This document shows positions 16,004-33,480 of a DNA stretch of 64,000 nucleotides, in pieces (the stretch's first letter is position 1; each line of letters starts with the position of its first letter). The position numbers and the translations under genes were made by a program. The stretch lies in the NCBI GenBank assembly GCA_964016885.1, contig OZ024762.1, forward strand, positions 27,032,001-27,096,000. Reading direction: 5' to 3'. This DNA is from Eledone cirrhosa (lineage: Eukaryota). The notes beneath the pieces are model-generated. The model saw only the letters and a list, made by a program, of their open reading frames with translations. It was not told the DNA's origin and searched no databases.

Positions 16004-16054
16004 AGTTTCAGAAGATCCCGTTAAGGGTGAAAGCAGCGATTCTTTGCTTAAACT
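16004..16054 (+). ncRNA. Hammerhead variant, family D (core CAGAAGA)
   Basis: aguuu-CAGAAGA-uccc/gggu-GAAA-gca..ugc-UU|aaacu; all three stems form; U4A change in the core. Confidence 0.5.
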
Positions 16055-16070
16055 TTAATCTGTTATTTTA

Positions 16071-16109
<39 letters not shown>

Positions 16110-16129
16110 AATATATATATATATATATA

Positions 16130-17480
16130 GTAATAATAATAAATTTGAAGACTAAAATCCCAAGAGGTCTCGATAAGCATATATAAGAACCCTAGACCAA
16201 ATATTTATTAAAATAACAGATTACAGTTTAAGCAAAGTATCTCATTACTGGATCTTCTGAAACTAAAAAAAGATTCAATCTGTGAACGCAGAATTAAATA
16301 TTACGAAAAACGTTGCAACCGAAGGCAAACAGGAAGACGACACTTTGGTTCTTTGGTTCGTGGAGACGTTTCCTGGCCATGAACGAAAAAAAAGCAAAGA
16401 TAAAACGTGATTATGTGGAGCGGGCGGTGAGAACAATTTAACGCAAAGAAAAAACCACGTTTATGGTATAAATGAAGTCGTGGACTAATATTCTATTTAG
16501 GAAACCGAATGATTCTCGGCTTCAGAGTTAAGAATAATGTAAATTAATTAATAGAACGAGAATGACAGAGGTTAGTGAAATCAACAATAATTAAATATAT
16601 ACATGCATGCATCCCTATACGTACATACACATGCATACGCGAAAACACCCGCCATGGTATGCAAATAAAAGCACGTACACATAAACACGCGCACTCATAC
16701 AAAAACCCGCGCGACACCTGTACCCGTACACATACGAACGTATACACCAAATACACATAAAAATATATATGTGTGTGTGTCCGTGTATAGATATAATTAT
16801 ATAAACGTATATAAATATACACACATAAATACGTATATAACGTACGCACACACATACCTACAGGTAAATACACATATGTTCGCTAAACGTACGTCAACCA
16901 AAACACAAAGTACACATATACACACACCCTACATACGTGCACAAACCCACATACACACACAAACACAAAATACACATATACACATAACCATATATACATG
17001 TACCATTATTTATAATATAATATATACGCCTATAACAAATACAAGCAAATATACGTACGAGAAAGTATACGTACCTTCACAAAACATACAGGTAATATAT
17101 ACTTACCTATACATATAAGTAATGGTATAAACATAAAATATACTTAACTACCACATCAAGACGTAAATTATCCGTGTATTGTTCCTACTATCTGTTAGGG
17201 TATAATGTGGGTCTGTAATACAGGAAAGTTTTATGCAATTTATGTTTACAAGCCGAAATTGCCTCAGATTTTTTGTTTAAGACGTGGTCATTGGCGTAGA
17301 GTATATCCAGGGCTTAGCGGCGCAAAGATCGCATGGTCTTTTATTTCCGTTATACGATCTAGCCCTAGCTAGGATCTGCCAGTGTAACCTATATTGGGTG
17401 TGGTTGTCTTTTAGACTCCAAATATAAGCTGAAAGTGCCGTCATATTCCTTCTTAAAGGGTTAAGAAAAGAATTGGTGTG
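16130..17480 (-). mobile_element. PLE 3' end (GIY-YIG C-terminus and diverged family D pLTR)
   Basis: TALSAYIWSLKD..HWQILARARSY...CDLC; UTR homologous to 14810-16077. Confidence 0.7.
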
Positions 17481-17659
17481 CATATATATACATATATATA
17501 TAATTGAATATATGAGAGGAATGAACACAGATATAACTATACATGCGTTCCAATTGCAAATGACCAAGTTAGCTAGGTTGAAAAATACTAATTTAAAACA
17601 ATATGGTTTAACTGACTTGATTTAACATAATAAATCAATAAAAATAACAAACCTATATC

Positions 17660-17893
17660 GGGCAAATAGGCTATGATACCTGGACAGACATGAATCTGTT
17701 TGGCAAGAATTGTTGAGTGAGAGCTAGAATTCCTGTGCTCTTCTGCGGGTATCCAAGAAGACATACGTCAAGCAACTTGAGGACGATACTGGATGCACTG
17801 CGGAAGAACTGGCAAACGCTATGAGAGACAGAGATGGATGGAGGAAGCGTGTCGTAGAAAGCCGAGCAACCTCGACCTGATGATGATGATGAT
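17660..17893 (+). mobile_element. RTE-like LINE 3' end with (TGA)n tail
   Basis: TYVKQLEDDTG...MRDRDGWRKRV followed by tgatgatgatgat. Confidence 0.65.
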
Positions 17894-17911
17894 ATATATA
17901 TATATATATAT

Positions 17912-19440
17912 TCATTCTCAGCCCCACACTCATCGACACAGTCTCAATCTCTTGCATCAATACTCTGCCCCTTCACTGTATTTGTCACCAAAACTATGTC
18001 GTCAGCAAATTCAGCATACGATATCTTTTTCGCCTTAACTCTCCTGCTCTGAGCCGGTGCTACAGTAAATCCAGAGTCCTGGTGTTTCTCCAGTACAAGG
18101 CGCATACAATAGTCCACTACGATGATAAAAAGGTAGGGAGCCAAATCTATCTCCCTGGAGCACTCCGCCAGTATCTCAAAGAACTCTGTCATCCCATCAG
18201 ATGTAATGACTCGGGCTTTGGTGTTGGGGTGTAGAGCAGTGATATCAGGTTCACTATCTTCTTGGGGATTCCATAAGCCTGTAAGATCTTCATCGGGCAA
18301 TGACGGTCCACAGAATCAAAGGCCTTCCTAAAGTCAATGAAAACCATGACCGCAGGAAGGCACTTTGTTCTAGCTCCCTCTAATATCCTCCTCAGCATCA
18401 GGATGTGACTGGTGGTTGATCTTCCCTCTCTGAAGCCGTTCTGGTTGTCCCTGAGCTTCTTCTTCATCTCAGACTGGATCCTGTTAAGAATCATCCTGTT
18501 GAGGGTCTTTGCCACAAGTGACGTCAATGAGATCCCCCTGTAGTTGTTGGTGTTTGAGAGACCTCTCTTCTTTGGCACTAGGACGATGTTACTGATCCTT
18601 CACTGATTCAGGGCAACTCCTTTCTCCAGTGCCTGGTTACAGAACCCCAGGATGATATCATCAAAATCACACCTCTTCATCACCTCTGATGCCATTATAT
18701 CTTCCCCATGAGCCTTGCCTTCCTTGATCTGCTTCTTGGCTCTTTGAAGCTCCTCTCTGGTGAAGGGCCCTGTCTCAATATCCAGTTCTTCAACCAGCCG
18801 CCTGAATGAGACTAAAACAAAATATCTGGTAGAGAATGTTGAGAAGCCAGAGGGGATCACTAATGTAGGCGGGAAGCCGCTAGAATTGGTTGAGGACTTC
18901 CTGTATTTGGTAGCAAATATTGGGAATACGGAAGATGTTGTGGTTGAGAGGAAGAGCAAAGCCTGGGCGGCGTGCCACAGCTTGACATCCGTGTGGAAGT
19001 CGGACATTAAAGACCTGAAAATCTGCCTCTTCATTGATGTAGTGGAGTCTGTGCTGCTGTACGGGTCTGAGACTTGGACACTGACCAAGAAACTCGCTCA
19101 GATGGTGGATGGGTGCTACACGAGAATGCTGAGGATGGCTCTGAACATTAATCAGTATACACTGAGGATGAAAAACACAGAGCTGTATGGGAGCCTCCCA
19201 AAAATCAGCTCAAAGTGACACATAGGAGACTGAGGTTAGCTGGACATGCTCACCGACATCCAGAGTTGACATTGCACCTACATGGACACGTTGGAAGAGG
19301 AAGACCAAGGTAAACGAATGTTGATGCACTAAGGACAGACACTGGTCTTTTGGAGACGCAGGACATGGCAGCGATAATGAGAGACAGAGACCGTTGGAGA
19401 GAACTCGTCCATGAATCTCGGGAATTTTACCCGCCCTAGA
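17912..19440 (+). mobile_element. RTE LINE with inverted 5' part (17912-18800 minus, 18801-19440 plus)
   Basis: Minus part has NYRGISL, QNGFR, FIDFRKAFDSV and EFADD and ends VGLRM; plus part resumes at NETKTKY. Confidence 0.85.
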
Positions 19441-19474
19441 AATATATATATATATATACACATATATATATATA

Positions 19475-19507
<33 letters not shown>

Positions 19508-19619
19508 GCATATATATACATATATATGTATATATATACATATATATATATATGGATACATATACATATATATATATGTATACATATATATATATATATA
19601 TGTATATGTTTATATATGT

Positions 19620-24480
<4,861 letters not shown>

Positions 24481-24762
24481 ATATATATAAATTAGCGAGA
24501 ATCGTATTTCGGTTATTGGAAATTAGCGAAAAACAATTTCCGAGATGTGTGACAAGCGCTCCATAGAAGCTAGTGAACTAGAGCTACAACATAGGTTAAA
24601 AGGCCAAACACACTGAGACGATGGTTAAACCATTATTCGCACAGCCATAGAAACGACCAAGTAATTCGGGTCAAACAAATAAAATATGATTGAAAAAAAA
24701 AAAATATATATATATATATAAGTTAAGAATAACATGGTTGGGAATTTATTTATAGTCTTTAT

Positions 24763-24867
24763 AGTCTTACAATTGTTTCCATGGTAGAAATGTCTATAAA
24801 TTGCTAAGTACTGGAGAAGTGAAAATCAACTTACAATACATTAAATTGAACCATTTCCTCAGAGACC
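24763..24867 (-). ncRNA. Hammerhead with long stem II insertion, family E
   Basis: ggucu-CUGAGGA-aauggu...accaug-GAAA-caauu-GUA|agacu; palindromic ACAAUUGU stem III. Confidence 0.6.
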
Positions 24868-25123
24868 AATAAGAAATATAAAATATATGCGCAACGATAA
24901 ACTTAAAAATTCAAACTTTCTTATTACTCCAAGATATATTTACATAGGAATACATGCACAATTGTCACCAAAATAAACTTCTTGTTGAGTCAGACATCAC
25001 CGTGTGCTTAAACTGTCCATGAGACGTTGTTTTCGCAGACCCTTATCGGATTGACTTTAACAATTTATTGTTATCCTATATATATTTATATATATATTTA
25101 ATGTATAATAAACAATAGAATAT

Positions 25124-25201
25124 AATTACCTCATTAACAGAGGTTTCCCGAAAAAGACGGATACAAGAAACTTCCGCATTCGTTCGTCAGACAAGGCAAT
25201 T
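25124..25201 (-). ncRNA. Hammerhead, family F
   Basis: Homologous to 31686-31763. Confidence 0.55.
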
Positions 25202-25469
25202 TGAACATAGTGAGATATTTGAAAAAGCTCCTCAAGAAAGGCAAAAAGGTTTAACGGGCAAAAAAATAAATAAAAGTAATAATACAAGAAATGTATAAAA
25301 AATAAAGAAATATAGTAAGGGGATGTGTGTAAATGTGTGTATATGTATATGCACATACCTATGTACATATGTACATGTGTGTGTATGTACAACTGCATTT
25401 GTATAGTGAAAAAATGTGTGCGTAAGTACATACATGGGGGAAAACATATTAGTGTATGTGTGACTACAA

Positions 25470-25531
<62 letters not shown>

Positions 25532-25535
<4 letters not shown>

Positions 25536-27033
25536 GTTCTCAGCCCCACACTCATCGACACAGTCTCAATCTCTTGCATTAATCCTCTGCCCCTTCACTG
25601 TATTTGTCACCAAAACTATGTCGTCAGCAAATTCAGCATACGATATCTTTTTCGCCTTAACTCTCCTGCTCTGAGCCGGTGCTACAATAAATCCAGAGTC
25701 CTGGTGTTTCTCCAGTACAAGGCGCATACAATAGTCCACTACGATGATAAAAAGGTAGGGAGCCAAATCTATCTCCCAGGAGCACTCCAGCCAGTATCTC
25801 AAAGAACTCTGTCATCCCATCAGATGTAATGACTCGGGCTTTGGTGTTGGGGTGTAGAGCAGTGATATCAGGTTCACTATCTTCTTTGGCAATGACGGTC
25901 CACAGAAACAAAGGCCTTCCTAAAGTCAATGAAAACCATGACCGCAGGAAGGCACTTTGTTCTAGCTCCCTCTAATATCCTCCTCAGCATCAGGATGTGA
26001 CTGGTGGTTGATCTTCCCTCTCTGAAGCCGTTCTGGTTTTCCCTGAGCTTCTTCTTCATCTCAGACTGGATCCTGTTAAGAATCATCCTGTTGAGGGTCT
26101 TTGCCACAAGTGACGTCAATGAGATCCCCCTGTAGTTGTTGGTGTTTGAGAGACCTCTCTTCTTTGGCACTAGGACGATGTTACTGATCCTTCACTGATT
26201 CAGGGCAACTCCTTTCTCCAGTGCCTGGTTACAGAACCCCAGGATGATATCATCAAAATCACACCTCTTCATCACCTCTGATGCCATTATATCTTCCCCA
26301 TGAGCCTTGCCTTCCTTGATCTGCTTCTTGGCTCTTTGAAGCTCCTCTCTGGTGAAGGGCCCTGTCTCAATATCCAGTTCTTCAACCAGCCGCCTGAATG
26401 AGACTAAAACAAAATATCTGGTAGAGAATGTTGAGAAGCCAGAGGGGATCACTAATGTAGGCGGGAAGCCGCTAGAATTGGTTGAGGACTTCCTGTATTT
26501 GGTAGCAAATATTGGGAATACAGAAGATGATGTGGTTGAGAGGAAGAGCAAAGCCTGGGCGGCGTGCCACAGCTTGACATCCGTGTGGAAGTCGAACATT
26601 AAAGACCTGAAAATCTGCCTCTTCATTAATGTAGTGGAGTCTGTGCTGCTGTACGGGTCTGAGACTTGGACACTGACCAAGAAACTCGCTCAGATGGTGG
26701 ATGGGTGCTACACGAGAATGCTGAGGATGGCTCTGAACATTAATCAGTATACACTGAGGATGAAAAACACAGAGCTGTATGGGAGCCTCCCAAAAATCAG
26801 CTCAAAAGTGACACAGAGGAGACTGAGGTTAGCTGGACATGCTCACCGACATCCAGAGTTGACATTGCACCTACATGGACACGTTGGAAGAGGAAGACCA
26901 AGGTAAACGAATGTTGATGCACTAAGGACAGACACTGGTCTTTTGGAGACGCAGGACATGGCAGCGATAATGAGAGACAGAGACCGTTGGAGAGAACTCG
27001 TCCATGGATCTCGGGAATTTTACCCGCCCTAGA
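25532..27033 (+). mobile_element. Duplicate of the inverted RTE at 17912-19440
   Basis: Same inversion junction (caaccagccg|cctgaatgag) and same flanking microsatellite; ~35-bp deletion near 25885. Confidence 0.88.
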
Positions 27034-27180
27034 AATATATATATATATATATACACATATATATATATATGTGTGTGTATATATATATATATATATACAT
27101 ATATATATGCATATATATACATATATATGTATATATATACATATATATATATATGAATACATATACATATATATATATGT

Positions 27181-27284
<104 letters not shown>

Positions 27285-27296
27285 GTTTATATATGT

Positions 27297-27346
<50 letters not shown>

Positions 27347-27613
27347 TAGCGAGAATCGTATTTCGGTTATTGGAAATTAGCGAAAAACAATTTCCGAGAT
27401 TGTGGCAAGCGCTCCATAGAAGCTAGTGAACTAGAGCTACAACATAGGTTAAAAGGCCAAACACACTGAGACGATGGTTAAACCATTATTCGCACAGCCA
27501 TAGAAACGACCAAGTAATTCGGGTCAAACAAGCAAAATCTGATTGAAAAAAAAAAAATATATATATATATAAGTTAAGAATAACATGGTTGGGAATTTAT
27601 TTATAGTCTTTAT

Positions 27614-27719
27614 AGTCTTACAATTGTTTCCATGGTAGAAATGTCTATAAATTGCTAAGTACTGGAGAAGTGAAAATCAGCTTACAATACATTTAAATTG
27701 AACCATTTCCTCAGAGACC
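27614..27719 (-). ncRNA. Hammerhead, family E (second copy)
   Basis: As 24763-24867. Confidence 0.6.
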
Positions 27720-27979
27720 AATAAGAAATATAAAATATATGCGCAACGACAAACTTAAAAATTCAAACTTTCTTATTACTCCAAGATATATTTACATAGG
27801 AATACACGCACAATTGTCACCAAAGTAAACTTCTTGTTGAGTCACACATTACCGTGTGCTTAAACTGTCCATGAGACGTTGTTTTCGCAGACCCTTATCG
27901 GATTGACTTTAACAATTTATTGTTATCCTATATATATATATATATATATATATTTAATGTATAATATACAATACAATAT

Positions 27980-28057
27980 AATTACCTCATTAACAGAGGT
28001 TTCCCGAATAAGACGGATACAAGAAACGTCCGCATTTGTTCGTCAGACAAGGCAATT
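27980..28057 (-). ncRNA. Hammerhead, family F
   Basis: Homologous to 31686-31763. Confidence 0.55.
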
Positions 28058-28321
28058 TAAACATAGTGAGATATTTGAAAAAGCTCCTCAAGAAAGGCAA
28101 AAAGGTTTAACGGGCAAAAAAATAAATAAAAGTAATAATACAAGAAATGTATAAAAAATAAAGAAATATAGTAAGGGGATGTGTGTAAATGTGTGTATAT
28201 GTATATGCACATACCTATGTACATATGTACATGTGTGTGTATGTACAACTGCATGTGTATAGTGAAAAAATGTGTGCGTAAGTACATACATGGGGGAAAA
28301 CATATTAGTGTATGTGTGACT

Positions 28322-28391
<70 letters not shown>

Positions 28392-28479
28392 AGTCACACT
28401 TTGTAAGATAATGAAGTCAGCGTAGATACAGGCTCAGGGCCTAAGGGCTGAAATATATACACATACAAGGATAAAAGAA

Positions 28480-30210
28480 CCGTTCATTTTCTCCGATAAA
28501 ACTAAAAAATTATACGATGTTGATAACAACTTACATGACCAACTCTTAACAGATAGCATCATCTCTAAATACCAAATAGCTAATATAAACACCTATAATA
28601 AGGACGCCAAATAATTAGCTAGTTTTTTTTAAAATAGACAATAGAACAGAAAAACTTGCAAAACATAATGCCTATATCACTCTTAAAGATCACAAATCTG
28701 ATTTTAATAATCGTCCCAGTTGTACATTAATCAACCCTGCTAAGAGTGAAATCGGCCTTGCTAGCAAAAAATATTAAATAACATAAACAAACATATTAGA
28801 AGTAAGTCAGAATTACTCCAATGGATAAATAGCTCTTCTGTACTTCACTGGTTTAAAAATATTAAATATAAAAATAGTTCTAGATCCACCCAATTTGACA
28901 TTGTAAACTTTTACCGTCTATTACTCACCCTCTTTTAACGAAAGCATTAAATGTTGCTAAAAAGTTTATTAATATTTCTTATATTGAAGAGAATGTCATT
29001 TTGCATGCTATAAATAATGATACTTGGGTAAAAAAATCTAACCCAGAGAACCCTTTTGAAGTCTCAATGGGTTCTTTTGATAGTGCTGACATGTGTGATT
29101 TAGTCGGCCTATTCCTCCTCTACACACTTAAAGAGAAATTCCCTAACCATACCATTGGGCTTTATCGTGATGATGGTCTAATATTTTCCCATACCATTAT
29201 AGGCCATAACTTAGACAGATTCAGAAAAGACTTAATAAAAACCTTCGCTAGTTTTAATCTTAAAATTACCATTGACACAAACCTTTCTAATGTTAATTTT
29301 CTAGATATAAACCTAGATCTGCCTACTGCTTCTTATAAACCGTACCATAAACCTAATAAAAATTTAGAATACATAAATAAAGGCTCTTGCCATCCTCCTA
29401 TAGTATTTAAAAATCTCATCCCTAATATTAGCCGTAGGATCTCCACCCTCTCTTCCTCAGATGGTATTTTCAATAAGGCATCCCCTAAAATAGTGGATTT
29501 AGTGAACCTGTTAAGTACATACCCAACAATACTAACTCCTTTAAACATAATAATAGGAAAAGAAAAATAATCTGGTTCACACCCCCTACTCTCTAGCAGT
29601 TAAAACTAATGTAGGCAAAAAATTCTTAGAACTCTTAGATAAACATTTCCCTAGAACACATAGATACTATAAGATCTTCAATAGAAACTGTGTCAAAATC
29701 AGCTACTCCTGCGGTCCCTTTATTAAATCTTATATCATTAATAAGAACAGACCCAGAGAATATCAAAATTGCTCCTGTAGAGTCAAAAGTGAATGCCCAT
29801 TACAAGGTAAATGCAACACCAAAGCCATTGTATATGAGGCCAAAGTGACAACCATCAGCAACAACCATCAGCCACCAGCGAACGATATGTGTGTATGACA
29901 AGACAAATTCAAAACGCGCTATTATTCACATGTCGCATCTTTCCGACATTCCGAAAACAGATTTACAACAGCTCTGGCTAGCAGAATATGGGATTTGAAG
30001 GACCAAGGTATCCAGTGTAAATTAGATTGGTCAATTTTGAACCAATCTAAAGAATATGCAAGAGAAACAAAAAGATGCACACTCTGCATAAGTGGAAAAT
30101 ATTGGATTTTACAGAACTTTAAATCACCAAAAACCTGCCTAAATGTAAAAACAGAAATGTTCACCAGCTGCCAGCTCATATAAACTTAACTCACTTTCAG
30201 ACACTTATCC
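28480..30210 (+). mobile_element. Decayed PLE (YRDD-type RT and GIY-YIG)
   Basis: ITLKDHK, MGSFDSA, GLYRDDG, FLDINL, CSCRVKSECPL linker, CTLC; ~70-bp inverted repeat at 28402-28474 / 31103-31177 flanks the region. Confidence 0.8.
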
Positions 30211-31187
30211 TCCATAAACTCTTGTTCTTCACTTTCCTTAACTTACTTTCTTAACTTACTTTCCTTAACTTACCTCCTTAACTTACCTTCTTAACTTACT
30301 TATCTTTTATTTTTACTTTACATCCACTATTTGATTCATTAACTTTATATCTTAAGACTTTTACATTATTTACATTTATTTTACTTCCCCTTTTTCTTTT
30401 ACTACCAGACATCACATGTCACTTGCGTTTTTAACTCCATATATTTTCCGTTGTCGCTCAGCCGTTTTTATGTATGTATACTTGCGTATATTTTGTACCC
30501 ATTTATTCACACGGTTGGTTTTTTTTATATATGTACGTATGTGTATGTGTGTATATTTGTGTATACATGTATGTGTATATATACGAACGCATTCGTATGT
30601 GTGCGTGTATGTGTGCAATGTGTTTGTGTGTGCGTTTATGTACATGTGTTTTCACATATATATATACTTATATATATATATATATGTGTGGTCGCGTGTG
30701 AATAGATGTGCATGTATGTATAGATATGTGTGTGTGTGTGCATATGTATGTATGTGTGTATGTGTATGTATGCTTTTGTGCACGTGTTTTTTCTCTGTAT
30801 ATATATATATATATTTATATATGTCTGTGTGTATGAGCTTGTTCGCGTGTATGCATGTTTTTTACTTTTTATTTATTTTTATTTTTTCTAGTGTTGCCTT
30901 ATATATTACAACCCCTCCCACTTACTTTCTCTTTGCCTTAATTTTTTATTCTTATCTTATATATTTTTCATTTATTTATCATATTTTATATTTGTATCGA
31001 CCTTCCGTCTGACACTGCGTTGACTTTATACACTCCCTTTCCTGTATATATCACATACATGTATGTGGTTGCGCGTGTGTGTATGTGTAAATGCGTGCGT
31101 CCTTTTATCCTTGTATATGTATATATTTCAGCCCTTAGTGCCTGAGTCTGTATATACGCTGACTTCATTATCTTACATATTTATAAG

Positions 31188-31370
31188 GGCGGTGGATTGG
31201 CAGTATCGGTAGAGGATCGGACGCCATGCTTTCCATCATAGTTACGTCCCTTTACGATCTGAGTTCAAATCCCACCGAGGTTGACTTTGCCTTTAATCCT
31301 TACGAGGTCAATAAAATAAAGTACCAGTAATGCACTGGGTAATTGCTGGCCTTGTGCCTAAAGTAGAAAC
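31188..31370 (+). mobile_element. tRNA-type SINE, full length
   Basis: GGCGGtggaTTGGCAGTATCGG (A-box-like), GAGTTCAAATCC (B-box), SINE core; attatcttaca on both flanks. Confidence 0.88.
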
Positions 31371-31685
31371 AATTATCTTACAATTTCTATTTTCAACATA
31401 TATATATATATATATATATATGTATTTGCGGTCACACATACACTAATATGTTTCCCCCATGTATGTACTTACGCACACATTTTTTCAATGTACACACACA
31501 GTTGTACATACACACACATGTACATATGTACATAGGTATGTGCATATACAAAGATTTACCCACATCCCCTTACTATATTTCTTTATTTTTTATACATTTC
31601 TTGTATTAGTACTTTTATTTATTTTTTGCCCGTTAAACCTTTTTGCCTTTCTTGAGGAGCTTTTTCAAATATCTCACTATGTTCA

Positions 31686-31763
31686 AATTGCCTTGTCTGA
31701 CGAACGAATGCGGACGTTTCTTGTATCCGTCTTATTCGGGAAACCTCTGGTAATGAGGTAATT
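31686..31763 (+). ncRNA. Type I hammerhead, family F
   Basis: 11-bp stem I aauugccuugu/augagguaauu; CUGACGA; stem II cgaa..uucg; GAAAcc-ucu-gGUA. Confidence 0.7.
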
Positions 31764-31855
31764 ATATTGTATTGTTGATTATACATTAAATATTTAGCTC
31801 TGTAACTTACATAGAGCACTCTTCATTCCTCTGAATTTTCAACGTAAACTTCAAG

Positions 31856-31944
<89 letters not shown>

Positions 31945-31952
31945 TACATATG

Positions 31953-31983
<31 letters not shown>

Positions 31984-31986
31984 GTA

Positions 31987-32245
31987 TATAGAAGAAAGTA
32001 AATCCATAGAATCATTTGATAAAATATATACAGTATTTCTTCTCCCAATCACCATAATTAACCACACAAAAAATCAATTAAACGAGGCTATAAATTTAAA
32101 ATGTACCTATGAAGAAACAATAGATAAATAATGATAGCTATTTTATAGCCTCGTTTAATTGATTTTTTGTATGGTTAATTATGCTGATTGGGAGAAGAAA
32201 TACTGTATATATTTTATCAAATGATTCTATGGACTTACTTTCTTA
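31987..32245. repeat. Inverted repeat with ~105-bp arms
   Basis: aagaaagtaaatccatag...gaggctataaa versus tttatagcctc...ctatggacttactttctt. Confidence 0.85.
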
Positions 32246-32400
32246 TATATAGCTTTGATTGTTGATTATTTAATTAATTAATTCGTCATTGAGCCACACG
32301 GTGAATGGTTGCCAAAAACACACATGTATATATATGGCTCTGTCTAGCTTATGTATATGTAAATCTATATATTTTATATATATGTATATATTTATATATA

Positions 32401-32479
<79 letters not shown>

Positions 32480-32545
32480 ATATATATGTATATATATATA
32501 TCTACATATATATCTACATATATATATATCTACATATATATCTAC

Positions 32546-32583
<38 letters not shown>

Positions 32584-32615
32584 GTAGATATATATGTAGA
32601 TATATATATATATAC

Positions 32616-32696
<81 letters not shown>

Positions 32697-32699
32697 TAT

Positions 32700-33480
32700 G
32701 TGTGGTGGTAGAACACTGGAAGGTAATATCCGTAGTGGTAGAGCACTCAGTCCATGGGACGAGTTAGGTAGAAGTGGTTATACAACAGTTAGTTCACCAT
32801 ACCGAGAACAATTGTTTCACCTTAGCGGATCCCCAGTTCGTAATGAACATGATTATACGGAACAGGAAGGACAACCGTACGAACGCGCATGCGCAGATAC
32901 GATCACTTCCCACAGGCAATACTAAATTGCGTGCGAGAGGTGTAAGGGAAATAACTGTGAAAGTCCGAAAGTTTCTGGTTGATAAGAAAATTAGGATGCT
33001 GTTGTAATTCTATCCGGAGCTTTGTAGTTATGTAAGAGGTATTTCCAGACATGTGGACAACGTGTCAAGAATTCATTTCTCGTGTTTAGGCAATCACTAT
33101 TGCGTAATCCCTTTAGAATATTTATTCGTTCATCAATACATAGTCCACACGACGGGTTGCCCCTTGCGTATGGCTTGGACTTAGTGATGGCTTTCCATTG
33201 AATGGAGTAGTCTATACTTGAGTCCTTGAGGGACCATACGTGGCTCGTGACTTTCGTGGATGAACGTCTATCCGGGTACCTAAAGGTCGATTGGTGGTTC
33301 AGCAAGCGTTCCTTAAATCGTCCCTCCGCCATACCTACATAGGATTTGACCTCCTGTGGTTGATTTGGTCGGTTGGAAGTGACCACAGCTTCATAAACTA
33401 CAGCTGGTGTGTTGCATTGCTGTTGAAGGGGACAAGCATCGGGGTTACGGCAAGAGCACCCTAGTGGGGTGTTGCTCTAA
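32700..33480 (-). mobile_element. PLE GIY-YIG fragment
   Basis: CSCRNPDACPLQQQC...VVYEAVV...SYVGMAE...CGLCIDE. Confidence 0.8.

Larger units (their letters stand above)
14810..16077. mobile_element. PLE pLTR family D with inverted duplication
   Basis: Arms ~14898-15212 and ~15760-16077 are reverse complements; related to 16130-17160 and 47826-48046. Confidence 0.7.
24487..25531 (-). repeat. ~1-kb segment B containing pLTR pieces of HHR families E and F
   Basis: Direct repeat at 27344-28388; its 3' half recurs inverted at ~31420-31793. Confidence 0.85.
27344..28388 (-). repeat. Second copy of segment B
   Basis: Highly similar to 24487-25531. Confidence 0.85.

Noticed and set aside
18600-19088. 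162-aa and 152-aa chimeric ORFs across the RTE junction (also 26192-26906)
   Set aside because: Accidental read-through across the inversion; half of each is antisense RTE.
31188-31275. tRNA gene
   Set aside because: A/B-box-like motifs are present but there is no cloverleaf; it is the head of a multi-copy SINE.
32178-32215. CTGATTG...GAAA hammerhead-like string
   Set aside because: No stem II and a wrong core.
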